DNA of 48,074 nt from Catajapyx aquilonaris. Taxonomy: Eukaryota. The notes under the pieces are model-generated. The model was not told where the DNA came from and did not search any database. It saw nothing but the letters and a program-made list of their open reading frames with translations. This document shows positions 1 to 37,778 of the stretch, piece after piece (positions within the stretch are counted from its first letter, which is position 1; each line of letters begins with the position of its first letter). A program made the position numbers and the translations under genes. Location of the stretch: the NCBI GenBank assembly GCA_000934665.2, contig KZ538778.1:1-48074 (forward strand), read 5' to 3'.

Positions 1-512
1 CCCCCCCCCCCCCCCCCCTGCGTACGGCCCTGCTACAGACTACACCACCGTTGCATAATACCTATAATTGAACGGGTCGGGGCAAAACGTGACCGGAAAA
101 TTCTTTGCTAATACCCTCATCCCCAAAGGTACACATCACAAGCCAAATAACGTCGAGTAGCCTCCTTCTTTTTCAAACGGCTTCCATTTACAAAGGACAT
201 TTTTGCACAGTTACGGTATCTCCTTTTTTGTGCTAGAATATTTAATGTGTTCCCCACATATCGAAAGCAAAACTTGTGTCGCCGAATACTTGTGGCAATT
301 TACTCTTTAATACGGATAAAACAGACATAATCTTAATTATATCAAACAAGGGCTATTTGTGAGGAGATTATTGGTAAATTTTCGCAAAACGAATATGAAC
401 ATGGATTAAACTGGTCATTCTAAATATCTTACATGCCCTTTTACACTTTTCTAGGAATAATTTTTTTGTTACATTTCAGTCACAATTATTATAGCAAGTA
501 GCAACTCGTCAC

Positions 513-698
513 ATTTCTACCGATTTTCTTGAAATTTGGTGCATTGGTAGCCCACCCCAAGGGATGAAAAACGTACCTAAAGTGACCTGCTCAAAATGAC
601 CCTGTCACCCCTTTTTTTGGGGGGGGGGAGAGGTAAACTGGTGAGATTCCTACCGATTTTCTTGAAATTTGATGCATTGGTAGCCCACCCCAAGGGAT
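513..698. repeat. 53-bp direct duplication (513-565 and 646-698)
   Basis: Two copies with 2 mismatches. Confidence 0.85.
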
Positions 699-3600
699 CG
701 TTTGTATGACGTAATATGATACTTTAAAAAGTAATAGTAACGTGGAGCAAAAGCAGCTAAAGGCTGACGAGGAATTAATATTCCATTTTCAGGACATGAA
801 AAGTGTAAGTAAATTTAGAATACCCAAACAATACATTTCGTTGTTATTTATCTTAATGAGTATAATGACCTTAGTTTTCGTGCTGCGAGGGTAGGGTTGT
901 TCTGGAGAACACGTAATTACATGCACACTTCTGAAATGAAGTGACAAGTATCTCGCTAAATTATGCACTAATTTCAGTTTTCACGCATAAAATCAATCTG
1001 GTAGGCTTACCACTCTTCTTGCAACATTTTATTAGATACCATTGTTCTAAGATTATGTTAAAATGTAATATTTTTAGCGAGTTAAAAGCATTACAATTTT
1101 CCATTCATTGCTGTGTCTATACTCACAGAGTATAAATTCAGTAACTCGAAAATATATTATGCATGAATTCCAAACGGACAACGTTTTTTAAACAACTGGG
1201 AACATGTGCAAGAAAGAGCTTTGTTTAGTTTCTTAAAATGCCCTTTTTTCACATCACGTTGCAAGGTTACATCAGCTACACTCAGGAGCGTTCTCATGCA
1301 GCTTAAGGCCCGACCCACTCAGACGGTTACCGGATGGATTTCTGCGTATTCGCAAAAAAAAAAAAGTCATGACTTGTTGGGGTTTTCTCTTGCGCACTAA
1401 CGAGTATCCATATCTACACGAACTTGCCGAAAGTCTGCACATGCCATCAGGAGGGTTTTAAGTGCAAATGCTCAGTTCTGAAGGCCGGTTGGGATATATC
1501 TTCTCGTGACCCACTCACTTTTTCTAAATGACTGGAAGGGTCACGCCATCACATGTAGTATATATAGTATATTTTTTGCACCGATATATAGAGGTATTAT
1601 ATAATATTTCTTTATTTGATCTTGCATCCTCAGCATTGTTTCAGGATGGGGCTTGGCCCTTGATCTATTGAGGAATCCATTTGCTGTTGATCTGAGGTTG
1701 AATGGATGCCTCCCTTCAGGCACTGAATTGCAATGAATTTAGGTGATTATGCAATTGAGAGTACTCCATTTGGAACCACTGATAATAAGCAGCTTAGGGA
1801 CAAAAAATCATTAACCCAGTACGGAATATTCAGTGGGAACACAGTATACATTACATTTCATCTCATATCGTAGGTCATAGTGAGTGAGCTAGGTAATCCC
1901 CCATGAAGTCCTTTACTGGTTTATCTGCTGTTTTCCGTTATAGATGGGTCAACAGCCGGAACCACCAGAAGAAGTAGGCCTACTGATGAACGTCATCATC
2001 TTCCCTAATTCCCTCATCCGTCTGCATCAAACCGAATATATTGTGATGTGTGATTGGGGTTCAGATAGGCCTACTATGATTTATGGCAGTTGAAGCGAAC
2101 TGTAATTACACGTGAAGACCTGAAATGCAGAGCGATCAAAGTCACATTTGACTGATTTTGAGCTGTGATGTTTGGAGTTAGAAGACGGCATTATTCCTGA
2201 TGGGATTTTTACTCTTTAAAAATTTCTGTAAGTGCTCTCTTGGGAAACTGACCTGACCATCAGAGTCACCAATTGCCTAATTTTCAAATTCAAATTATTT
2301 CATTCCATACACTGTACAGCAGATTTCTTGACCGATGTTAATTATGCGGACTCTGCCGAGTCTACTAGTGAACAAAACTCCCGGTAGGTGGCAGGATCCT
2401 GTTCGCAACAGTCTCCTTGCAGCTGTTTGCTTCTCCCGCGCACTATACTGATGCGAAACTAGATGACACCACTTGGATTTCAACTTCATAGTAAGGTAAC
2501 AGCCGCCCACATACGAGAATGTTGCATCCGTAAACATTTTGATATGTGGACTAGCGGAAAAAGCTTGATTGAGAACGTCCGGGTACGTCGGACTGACGAA
2601 AAAAAAACAGGATTTTTGAGAGCAAATCGGCCAGAATTTCTGGCTCTGCCGGGTTTATTTCGGTTCAACGAAGCGCAGTAATCAACATAGGCTATATTGA
2701 AGGAGAAAATATTCCTCTGGGGTTTAATAGGCGTGCCTCGGGAGGGCCGTACCCGATACCACAAGACTACAGTTTGGGAGCGGCGAGAAGCTTGATGATT
2801 TCACGCTCTCGGAACCTTACACACATCTCAATGTCCGCCGACTGGAGGTAAATTAGTCAGACCTCTCATCAGTGCCAAGGTTACCAACACTACTACCCCG
2901 TCACGTCAACTCCAACTTGCAACTAGGAAACACAGTAATTTTGCTTTTTTATATTTTTATTCTCGGTTTCTCAGCTGTTGAATTTCAGGTCCGTAACACG
3001 ACTTATTACCAATAAAAATGACTGCAGAATATCACCATAAATATAATCAGAAAATGGCAAAGCTGTTATAATGTCTTAAAAGACTTAAAGCAAGAAATTT
3101 AGGACAGTCTGGCCAATTAAATTGCACAATATTTAACTACCTGAAGGTGTGAACTGTGAGGAAAGTGCTGCTAGGATCGAAAAATATTTCTGCCTCTCGC
3201 AATGTGAAAGTAGATCCTTCTTCTAAAAATATCCGGAGTTGAAAACTTTCAACAGATTGCAATGTTTGTTGTTCTGGCATAGAATAATCCCGATGCGATC
3301 GTAAATTAAGCTACATGAAGGCCACAGGAAGTGATAAAATGTTAGTCAAAAAGTATAGGTAACGCGGAAAATAGTATAGCTTCTCATATTTTTGACGAAA
3401 AAAGGATGTCATATTCTATTCTGAAATGCAACATGAAAATCAGTGATTTTAACACTGATCATATAATTATTGAATCTCTGATATGAATGCAATATGTCAG
3501 ACGTCATAGCGAAAAGTATAAGAAAGTGAGCAATGAGGTAACTGAAATGACATCTGTAGAGTAGCCTATACATCTATGATGATCTTTTCTTGGAGAAAAA

Positions 3601-5316
3601 AATTCAGGCAGAAACTTGATATAGACCTCCGACTTTTCCTAAGTGCTCCCTCCATCTCGGGATTCCCGAATGTTGGTCATACGTCAGCTGCAAACGTCGA
3701 GTTGAAGTGATTCAACACCGTATAAATGGGCGGCTGCTGGTGTAAGCAGCGCTCTCTGGTTGCAAGTGAACCAGCCACTGACATACTTTGTGAGCGTGGT
3801 ATTTATTATGCTAGCAAGTGAGGCAATCTCCACATCACGGTGCAAAATGCTGCCAATGCTCGACTTTGTGAGATCAGCACGCGTTTCTTTGCCTTCTCAA
3901 GGACGAAAAACATGTCGTCTGCCCACGTAAGTGCACAGAGGAAGATGTGACCATTGCCAACAGACATAAAATGACAGCAGCAAAGGAATTCGCAAAGACC
4001 TGCTCGTAAATGATGCACATTACATTTCCCACAAAGACACTCCTTGTACAGTATACAGTAAAATGTAACTCTACCACAATATACTGCCTCTTTATTATTA
4101 GAATGCATTGTTAGATCTGCTTTTTACTGTTTTATGCCGACTGATACATAATAATTTTTTTTCGTTGGGCGCATTTTTTTGTATTCACTATAGCGGCAGA
4201 GGCCAGAACAAAATCTATTTTTGCGGATGCGAGCTCCTCGTCCCCTCCCCGGCCTAACTCGGCTATATTTATTGTGCTATTTGGCAAGCTGGAAAGACGA
4301 AGCAGGCAGGCAAAGCACTGCTGCCTCTAGCCAGGAAACGGAGCCCTCTTGCAACCATTTTAAGTCAAGTAGGCTGGTGGGGGTGGACATCACACGCCAC
4401 CGCGCACTCACTCCAAGCCTATTGTTGGTCTTCTCAACTGAACGCATTCTTTACGACTTACCTACAATACGAGGACCAAAGCCTATATATCTTATTCTGC
4501 CCTAGAAACTTCCAGAACAGATATTATGCCTAATTCAAGCACTGGAAGGACTTTCTCCATGAACTTCAAAGAATTTCATGTAAATGTCAGAATGCTCGTG
4601 TCCTGTCAGCGTTAATTTAAGTGTCATTATGCTACCCAGATTATGAACATACTACGATTTGTATACACTCCACAGCGATATGCATATGGATCCACCACAA
4701 CCATATCCACATCTGCTTCCAACACTTATACACTAAAGAAGAAACTCGAAATTTCTGTTGCTCACATATGCGTGAGCTCTATGAATAACACCATAATTGA
4801 GTCCTCGACCTGAAAAGTATCCAATATAAAGACCTCTATTGGATCACTGGTAGTCACTGTCATATCACAGCAGCTCGCATGCACAATTAATGACTCTAGC
4901 ATTCAATGAGTTCCGCGTTCTAGTATACATGTAGCCTATGGTTTCTCCAGTATGATAACGTAAAGTAGGCCTACATTACATAGCCAGATTGACCCATTTT
5001 CTACTTATGACCCGTGTTGTGCAAGGTTCAAAAATTCCTGGTTTGAACATAATATTATTCACCCTCTTTTTTATATAGCCTACAGTACAAAGTCATGATG
5101 GTGAATAGGCACGCTTTCATATTATTACGTTAAAAGGAATAAAATATATTATGAAGAGCAATATTAATATTCTGTGGTAAAGCTGAACTATGATCAGGGA
5201 TAAAAAATTGTTGCGACTGTCTCAACTAATAAATATTTCGACTAAAACATAATTATTTTTCTATTCACCCCAAGCATGTGGCAAATTGGAATGTACAGTA
5301 CATATACTGTAGTAAG

Positions 5317-5908
5317 ATCAAAAAGTTCCCGGAATTCACCGATTACTCGGTTACCTTGAGAAGTAGAGAGATGCACTTTTAGCTGTATCTGCGCACAATC
5401 CTAATGAGTCAGTGTGCCAAGTGGCATTGTCCTGTGTACATCTGAACACGTCTCGCACGCGCTTTTGTGAACCCGCCGTAAGTCTACTCGTCAATCCTGT
5501 AATGCGGACAAAAACGAGCACTGTAGCTATGTGGATCACAGGTAACAAAAGTTGGCTTTTCCACTGTAAAGATTGCCGTGACAACTTACATCACTTTTTA
5601 TGAAAGTTGAGTTGCCATTGACGGTTTCTCAAAGCTCCTGGAAACGTCGAGGCACCGCTGTTTCTGGTCGGGTGTCGGAACCCGCGGACACGCCACGATG
5701 CATGTTCATTTCGTGTGTACGAATGACCTGGAACTGAATCCCGTCTCTGTCACAGATCTCACGAATGGTATGGGGCCTCGCAAATGATTTATCAAAATTT
5801 TGACAATTTTTCAGAGGTTGTGTTGATGTGTGGTCTTCCCGAGTGCTCATGACCTTCAACCGACCATGAGCACACTTGAAAGGCAATTGCGACACAAAAA
5901 ACTGCGCT
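5317..5908 (-). mobile_element. Decayed mariner-family transposon fragment
   Basis: Minus-strand frameshifted peptides HSGRP, TIREICD, EMNMHR, TPDQKQRCLDV match the mariner transposase N-terminus; gatcaaaaagttcccggaatt at 5317 is mariner-ITR-like. Confidence 0.65.
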
Positions 5909-5920
5909 TATGGCCTACAG

Positions 5921-6110
5921 AAGGGGTGCCGAACCTATGGCCCACGGGACCTTTCATGGTGGCCCGCGAAAGGGAAGCTTCCCCCCAAAAATTAATGACA
6001 TAAGGGGGCAAAATGAAACAATCCAAGAGTTGATGACAGCAAAAGGCAAGTCAGAATCAAAGATGATGTATGATCTGAAGTGGTTGATGGCTGACCTTGC
6101 CTTCATTATA
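5921..6110 (+). mobile_element. hAT (Buster/Charlie-type) relic: terminus plus transposase fragment
   Basis: aggggtgccgaacctatggccc is hAT-end-like; IQELMTAKGK...KWLMADLAFII resembles the W..DLAF motif. Confidence 0.5.
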
Positions 6111-9100
6111 TGTCTTCGCGTGGAATATTTGAAGACTTTTTTTGCAAAAACAACATGTCAAATAATGTCACTCTTTACGAGACACCATATACATTTCCTA
6201 CTCTTCAAAAGAGGATAATCACAGATCTACAAAAATTATCTCTTTTGAACACACGGATGTGACATATCATGACATTCCAATATCTGCAAGCGGTAGTAAT
6301 GTTGGAAAAAATTCCAAAAGAAAATTGACATAATATTATGTTGTTCTTGCGTAAAAGGTGGAATTATGATGCATAATGTTCCACTTTTAAATGAAAAATT
6401 CCACATTTTAATTGAATGTACTCATTGTCATTTGTATGCTTTGGCCCGCTATTTACAAATTGTGAGCATAAATTCTGGATAATCGAGAGCATCTTGAATA
6501 ATTTTGAGTCTTATATATGTCATACTGCCTGCGTTGCATTATCAAAGCTTGTGGAGTCCGGATTTTGAGACTTGAATCATGACCATCTTACTAAGGAAAT
6601 GTGCAGCATGTAGACATGTATAGAGGCTACTGATTACGTGACTATGATCTTCAGTCCAAATATTAAAAGGCAGAGTAAAGTTGGCGAGCATCTCACTAGT
6701 GGCAGCATGTCACCTATACTATTTCACGCATGCGCCGCAAATTTCTGTTACCACATTTTTTTCTTTTGAGACAGTCACCCTTTCCATTACTGACAATAAT
6801 TATTACAGTCTGTTAAGAATGTCAGAACAAAAATATATAATTGCGGAGGAAAAATTATCAAAATCATTATTGTCTCTATTTCCGTTACAGTTTTTTAAAA
6901 AGTAGCTATATGCTGCACAAGGCGCGTTACGTCATCGGGACATAACTAGAATCCTTGGCCCAAAACGTGTGCAAAATCTAGAAGTGGGAAATGTCCAGGC
7001 ATAAACTGGTAACGACTTGAGCCAAAAACATTGCCCTGCATCTGGACATACGTACCCTCAGCCAACATTGCATCTTGGTGTATCCAGGATGTAGAAAAGG
7101 TGCGAATTTCACCTCGGATTTGGCCTAATGTTCCTTGCGAATATGCAAGACGAAATTCTCTGTAATTCATTATGGCACTTTCGGCTCCACTACAGATATG
7201 ATTGCATGTTAATTTATGTTCCTGTCCCTAATGCATAAAGGAGAATATTTTGCGAGTTAGACAGCTGATTTATAAGGGGAAGTTGGCAGATGGCATAGAC
7301 CACAGGACGTGGGTGAAACTAAAATTGGCCTGCAATATATTTTCTCCGTATTACAGCTGAGATGACCAACTCAACTATATGGCAATTTTGCTCCCAAATA
7401 TGGACCAAGTGCCTAAATCTGAGGAGAAATTAACGTTCACCTTTTCGACCACCCTGCAGTATGTTCAGTGGTGAGCAGCCCGAGACATGTGCAAGTCAAG
7501 GAATGTGAAGTACTTGCATTCTAAGTAGGATATTCGCGTTCACTATATGGAGGCGAAATGTGGGTTACTGTGGATGTGGGTTATGGGAGCGTGTCTATAT
7601 GCACCTATATGTTTTTAAAATCTATAGGGTAGATTAATGGATGGACCGTGCCTTGTTATATTTTGTCACCCCTACCTTTTACACTTGATTCTGGCCAAGG
7701 ATTCCCTTAGCTGCCGGATACCCATTTTTACTCTGCGAAACATCCTGGTCATATCTATGTAAAACATTCACACAACACGACTGACAATGCAAATAAAGAG
7801 TGGCAAATTGCTAGCATTTTGCAGAAAAAGTTTCGAGGCCAAAAACATGGTAAAATCAAAATGTAGTATGTCGTATCATCGTCCCTGTAACACAGCATTG
7901 TTTTGCCTTTTTAACATTATTTGTTGCATTTCTTGTTATTTCAGTCGATAATTTTGAAACATTGTACACGGTTTATTCACATGAAAGTAAGCCATTGAAC
8001 TGTATATGCGGACATTATTGCAAATAAACATGGAGAAACAATGATACAGATTTCAAAGTGCCATCAATTCTATCCACGGACTAAAGGTTGTCATCCAAAT
8101 GGTGGGATAATAAGATGTCCCTAAGGGACTTCTCCCCCCATGCTTTTTGGGCCCTACCATTACGTGACATACAGGTTGATAGGCTATAACGATGAGTCAG
8201 TAATAGTTGTTATTAACAAGCCTTCTTGAACAATACGCATGCCGGTATTAAACTAAGCTTCTTCCCGGATTTCTTGTATAATAATTTACGGATATAGAGC
8301 TATTGCAACATAAACATGTTTGCGTGAAAAAGGAATGCCACTTATCAATCTCCTTTTGTGCATAATATTGCTGAGTGAATCAATCTTCACAGAGGAAAAC
8401 TTATATCGTGAAATTTTGACGATGTACTCTTACTCAAATAGACTATTCTTTAGAGGTCCATTGGAACATTTCATGGATTAAATCCGAAATTAATGAGAAG
8501 CTGGCTCACTTATTCATCGACCTCAAGATTATCCATGTCCACGAATCTTAAACTTCACCAGATAGTGTCCTCAACAACCATTTCTAAGAAAAGGGACAAG
8601 GCGATAATCACGATTAGCAAAAAATGGCTACACTTACTGTACATCACAGTACGACGGGATTCCGATGTAACCACAGTGATGGGGCTGGGACTCCCCCTTC
8701 TCCAGTCCTTGCTGTCCCTGGAATTATTTGCAAAATATTGGAAAATAAGAGAGAGGAACAAGACAACGTGGTGACCAGACCGCGAGAAAGCTGTGGAGTA
8801 ATGAAAATGAGAATGTACTCTTATAAGGACTGCAGGGAAGACAGGTATTGACTTCCGCAAATGATTCTTTGAGAAGTGACAATCGAAGGACACACTCAGC
8901 TCTCAGAAACCAAAGTTCACATTCCGAAGAAATATTAATGTGCGCGCAGTATATTCGCACCAAATACCCATTGCAGGTATCTTCATAATTTAATATTGGG
9001 AGTGGATACAATTGCCGTGATAGCAAAGGCTTCCAGTAGGCCTACATATTCGATATTTTTGTGCTCGCCATCACAAGGGGTCTAATTCTTTTGGCAAAAT

Positions 9101-9480
9101 TGGCATTATCTTAGAGAAAAAAATCCTGGACACTGTCCATGAGTGTGGGCAGAACGGTTGGAGACTGGAGAGATAGCCCTTTCTACGAAATGTATCACTT
9201 TTTATTACTCGCAGAAATCCTGTCCTTTGCCAAATAAAAAAAGACCGAGTAATTTATTATATTAGTCTATGCGTTAGTAGGCTACCAACTCCATGGTAAT
9301 CTACCATACATGTCTCCTTTTTTACTGGACATTACATTAGCGAATTAACTGGCAGGCTGGGTTTAGAGACTAATTGGTTGTTTATTTGTATTTCTCAGAA
9401 ACTATTCATATAGCGCAGTTTTATAACTAAGAGAGTGAAAATAAGTATTGAATCTTCAAGCATTACTCACTTGGTGTCTT

Positions 9481-9836
9481 AACCCGGGCGCAAATCATGC
9501 AATTTTGGTGCGATGTTGCAGCGACTGGTTGCATAAACAAGCTGCGCGTGCCGCTTTCCGACGACATCGCATGAAAGTTGCAGGATTCGAACAGTGATTG
9601 AAAACTCCCCCCATCGCATGCAATTTCCAAGATGGCTGTGCACAGGTCGGAGCGAATATTCGATACAGATGAGGCCTTAATAATTGCATTTTATTGCTGT
9701 AAGGAGGGGCCGTCTTAATTCATGGGCACGCTGGGCAGTTGCCCGAGGACCCCATGCTAATGCTATGCATCCTGCCTCGATGCAACCAATCGGGGCGACG
9801 TCGTCTCACCAAAATTGCATGACTTGCGCCCGGGCT
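9481..9836. mobile_element. MITE-like element with ~55-bp imperfect terminal inverted repeats
   Basis: cccgggcgcaaatcatgcaattttggtg...tggttgcat is mirrored by atgcaaccaa...caccaaaattgcatgacttgcgcccggg; TAA/TTA flanks (PIF/Harbinger-like). Confidence 0.65.
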
Positions 9837-10140
9837 TATAATATGACAAATAAAATAAGGTTGAAAATTCTGTGATTTGAATCTACCTAGTAATTGCATG
9901 TTAAGACGAATAACATGGCATAAAAATTAAGAGTCATGGAATATGCTGATGTAGCCTAAGATTAGTGTAGGTACAGTAAGTAGATAAGGTATGGAGGTGG
10001 GTAGGAAGGGAAGGCAGGCTGAGCCCGCACTTATTGTGGCTTCCAGGGTGAGTCAGCCATCCAAGTATCCAGGGAAGCAAGCAAGCAAGCAAACGACTTG
10101 GGCGCAGGGCCTAGCCGGGGGATGGTCAAATTATCCGGGA

Positions 10141-10150
10141 CTAAATTTAG
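10141..10150. promoter_or_regulatory. MEF2 consensus site CTAAATTTAG
   Basis: Perfect CTA(A/T)4TAG in a GC-richer island ~4 kb upstream of the ATG; AP-1-like TGAGTCA at 10029. Confidence 0.4.
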
Positions 10151-10575
10151 CCCACAGGAAAAAGGGCGTCAAAAACCCCCAGAAGAAGGTGATTCAGTCG
10201 CCACGCGTTTTTTTTTTCTTCTTCTTCTTCTTTCCCATGCACAATTTTAAGCCTTCATACCATTCGCCCGGTTGAGATAAAGTGCTCACCAATATGGAAA
10301 CACTTTTGGCACAGACGGATCCGAGTTCCAGGCCCCACTCTAATCTTTTCCTTTTTTTGCTGCTGAGACTAAATTAAGACCTGGTGCTTCACCGCTTGCG
10401 TTTGCTTACAATTTCACAACATGGGGTGTGTAATCTCTGCGGTGGGTTAAATGAGGACCTGCACATTCTCACGTGTACTACAGTACACATATAAGAGCGC
10501 GTAACGTCTCACGTAATTTACTCTTCGGAAACATTTAATTCATATTTGTTTATTATTATCATTATTATTATTTTC

Positions 10576-10645
<70 letters not shown>
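10576..10645. repeat. (AAT)n microsatellite
   Basis: Seen directly. Confidence 0.98.
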
Positions 10646-10648
<3 letters not shown>

Positions 10649-10905
10649 TATAGTTGTACAAATGTACATGTTCTTAAGATAAGCGCTGAAGATAGAAACA
10701 GGGGTAATGCAGGAACTGGCTTTTGGCTCCAACAATAGTACCTCAGCCGTGCCAAAAGGGTCACAAATTCTGGGACGACGACCTGGAATTGACGTTATGC
10801 AACATTGGCAATATAATATATTCAGGTGCGCATGGCATGAACCTGAAATAACACACCAACTAATCTTCACGTACTATACATAATTTCTCAGAAAAAAAGA
10901 TTATT

Positions 10906-10951
10906 ATCATCATCGTCGTCGTCGTCGTCGTCGTCGTCGTCATCATCATCA
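10906..10951. repeat. (TCA)n/(TCG)n compound microsatellite
   Basis: Seen directly. Confidence 0.9.
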
Positions 10952-11346
10952 TTTTTTTTGTTATTATTAAGCACGTCGCATAATGATTGGTAAAATGGTA
11001 ATACATGCTGGCCAATGAAAGTACGGCAAATTTTTGTACTATACAGTCATGATGTAATGAAATTATGATATTTTGAATATTTTCCTCTTTAATGCTCCTG
11101 ATTAGTTATGCGAAATTTTGGGCACAGTTCATAAATATATCAATGTTCACAAAAATTCACGTCAAGACCTTACCATTGATTCAGTAAAATGCTTCGGCTA
11201 CACTGTTCCGCATTAAAAACGCAATTCATACAGGTTTGTCTAAAATATCTTGCAGCAAAATGACAGTAAATTAACATTATTATCTAGGCCTACACGATTA
11301 AATGGAATATTACTTGATAGCAATACATTCAACAACGACAACAACA

Positions 11347-11477
<131 letters not shown>

Positions 11478-12544
11478 CGTGCTTGCAAACTGGGTTTCAG
11501 TATTTCTATCACAAACTCAGTGAAGGACAGGGAATAAGGAAAGAAATGGTATGCAGGATGGAAGAGGAGAGAAGAAATCCTCATGAGGCTGGAATGTTGG
11601 ACCGAAACGCAAGGAAGTAAGAACGGATTCCGGTACATACCAGCGAATCCGCTGGGCCCCTACATAGCTACGTCTACGTGCAATGGCAGTTTACTTTTTC
11701 TAAAATTGACGACTGAAGCGTCCTTAGAAATCAGGACGGTTAACCCGAATTTTAATTTTAATAGCAACATTATTTTCTGTGTCCTGAATGAGAAATAAAT
11801 TAATTTAATTTTGGTTAGCCACTGTATTAGGTTCGCTTTTAAAAATATCTATCCTCCATTCTTCCCCACATGTAGACGCACATTTATTTGAGAATTTGTT
11901 ACATACATACTAACTACATTTGCCTCCTTGCCAAATATGATTGTCAGACTACCTAACACAAGTCATATTTTTGATCAAATGTTACGTTTTAATGTTTACA
12001 CGCATCTGTTAGATGCACATCATTACAAAACCTTCACATTGTAACCATGATTACAAAAGCCTCTTGCGAGCCTTGCCTTAGCCTGTAAGACGGACCTAGG
12101 CCAAATAAAAATTTTAAAAAAATAACGGAAAGATTTATGCAGGAAAAAGTAGTTGACAAGCAGCAGGTATCTAGGTGTCATATCGCTAATAAATTGCAAA
12201 GTAAGTCAAGGGCAAGGCAAACGGTAACCTAGCGTACAGAAGCGAATGTATTTGGACAGAGCGCAGAAACTCAGAATTTACGCCTGTTAGCTATAGTGTA
12301 GGTCGTGCAGGAGAACAGCATGGGTTACATAACAGACAGGATATACCGCTGCCGGTAGGGGGGTAGGGGAAAGGATATGGCCGGAGAGGAGGATCCCTCC
12401 TGGCCGCCAGCAGTCCGCCCTTCCTCCTTCTGCCTGTCCGTCCATCCCCTAAATTGCGATCGTAATCAGGTACACCTCTCAGCCTCCTTTTGACGAGGAC
12501 GAGTATGAATATGTTCGTGGGGAGACGTGTGTGGAAGTCAGCAC

Positions 12545-12616
12545 AAGGAAGGAAGGAAGGAAGGAAGGAAGGAAGGAAGGAAGGAAGGAAGGAAGGAAGG
12601 AAGGAAGGAAGGAAGG
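12545..12616. repeat. (AAGG)n microsatellite
   Basis: Seen directly. Confidence 0.98.
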
Positions 12617-13199
12617 AGCCTGCGCACCAGATGGGATGCATGGTGTGAAAGAACCATCTTTTTGCACTGACAGATTTATTTTGGAACCTGTGGAGGGGGG
12701 ACACCATACTTGTTCGCTCTCCAAATCTCCGCCTTGGGAAAAATGCGGAAGGATGCACTCCCGAGTTGCACCAATTCGCTCACCGCTTGATACACGTGTA
12801 GTGTCCCAGTGTCATTCATCCGGGTGGCACCACCCGTACCTATGCATGACTTATGTTCCACTTCCTGTCCATCGCTCCTGACTCCCCACCCCCCACTGCC
12901 CCCGATTCTCTTCTTACCACTGCCTCGGCCTCTAGAATAGGTCGGCCTCCACTACACTGCACCCAGGGTGGATATGAATAGCTGTTGTAAGCTGAGCTAA
13001 CCTGTTTGTTCCCTTAGCTGCCTGCCTACGGCCCCTTATTTAGAAAGGAATCCCAGGAATGTTTCGGGAATAAAAAATACCTACGGAAGAAAATGGCTTG
13101 TGATGCTCCCAAAGAGTGGTCATACCCACATCTCGATCTAACGTCGTGTCAACTTTGTCTCGTTTATTATAAAAAAAAGTGGGCAGAAAAGCAGGATAG

Positions 13200-13704
13200 A
13201 AAAATGAGCCAGCCGGGGAAGGGCTAGGGAGGGAGGGAGAGAGGGAGGGAGGGTCGTAGTGTAAGTACCTGAAGCTGTGCCCATTTTTAAATGTACCTGT
13301 CTGTATTTAGGGAGTCTGGTCTGATCAGCTTGCAGAAGCAGGCGAACTCATTTGGGCGTGGGGAGGGGAGGGGAGAGAGGGAGGATAGAGCGAGAGAGAG
13401 AAGGAAAGAGCGAGAGAGAGAAGGCCAGCCAGCCCTTCTCCTGGACGCGCCAGCGGCCTGAGCCTAAAAAGGTAGTTCCTTCCTGCGTCACTTTGGTACG
13501 TACAAAACGGAGCAGACCTAGGCTGGTTGTAAACACGTCTGGGATTGGTCGGCCAGAGTCTGGGGAGGCTCTTCCTCTTACGTGGCTCCATTCTGTGCTC
13601 TCGTTCTTTAACGGGATTCAGGGGGCGTGTCCAGGATCACATTGCAGTAGTTTATATTGGGGATCCGCCATTGCCGAGGGACAGAACAGCTTTCGAACGT
13701 AAGT
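13200..13704 (+). promoter_or_regulatory. Probable Mhc promoter / non-coding first exon region
   Basis: GA-rich tracts and strong gtaagt donors at 13261 and 13699 upstream of acceptor 14024; TSS cannot be located from sequence. Confidence 0.4.
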
Positions 13705-14102
13705 GAGAGCGGACGTGCTGCTGTAGCTCGACTCTTTTCTACTTGCAAAGGGAGCTTGGTGTGTTTGCTATACAACTACACACGCCCTCACTAAACACAC
13801 TTGGGATTAGTGTGGTGGCTGCTACAATCAACGGTAGTGATTGTTGTGCGAGTGTGAAGGGTGGGCGCGTGCAACAACCGGGTAGACACTCATTCCAACC
13901 ACACTGTTTGCAGGCTGAAAAGAGTGAAAAGAGTGAAAAGAGTGCAGCTTTTTTACACACAGTGCTTGACAGACTCTAGGGTTTTCACGTTGTGCTGACA
14001 CGACAACCTCCCCCTCTTCCACAGGAAAGCTCCCGGGCTGTTCTGCCGTTGTTGTGTGTCTGCTAGTCCCCTCGCGCCCCCCAAGCTCGTCTTTCTAGCA
14101 CC

Positions 14103-37126
<23,024 letters not shown>

Positions 37127-37656
37127 ATTTTCTAATATTTCTATTCCAGTATTTTTTTGTTCATTTTTTTCGAGCGAGCAAAAAATATAGGCCCTAATTT
37201 GCGCATTTAGATGCCACCTTCTCCCTCTTGAAGAGAAAATTTTCTTCTTATCAAGTGTATAAAAATTGTGTTGTGAAAATAGTGTAGCATGATATTTCCT
37301 TCTGGAATCTGGATGAGAGCAAACGGTAGCAAAAAGAATAATTTAACTGAAGGGTTTTCACACGACACCTTGCCTTTTTAAGTTTAATGTAACATGGAAA
37401 GCTAAGGGCGATCCAGAGAGACACACAAGGTCCCGACGACAACAGCCCCAAGAACTTTCTTCGAAACGTTCTCGTCCTCTCATCCTATAATCGTCGCGTT
37501 TTGGGTGGGAGGGTTGTCCGATAATATCATTATATATAATATATATAAAAATGAAAAAAATATATTATACGAGGGAGGGAGCAGCGCAAAACTCAGACAG
37601 AGGGAAGAAGGGCTCCTTTCTGTCCACCAATCTATCTTGACTGGATTCACTGCGCC

Positions 37657-37662
37657 AATAAA
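37657..37662 (+). terminator. Candidate Mhc polyadenylation signal AATAAA
   Basis: Canonical hexamer ~530 nt after the last stop, followed by GT/T-rich sequence. Confidence 0.55.
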
Positions 37663-37778
37663 AGCTCTAATCCGAAGACGAATCGAGGTTGTTATTGTGC
37701 TTTTCATGGACGTTCTTTTTTTCCTGTCGAATTCGGTTTGTAGTTTCTCAAGTGGTGTAAACTCAGCTCAGCCCAACA

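Noticed and set aside
1541..4620. LINE 3'-end-like fragments (~1550-1780 minus strand, ~4450-4600 plus strand)
   Set aside because: No recognisable RT or endonuclease motif; impression only
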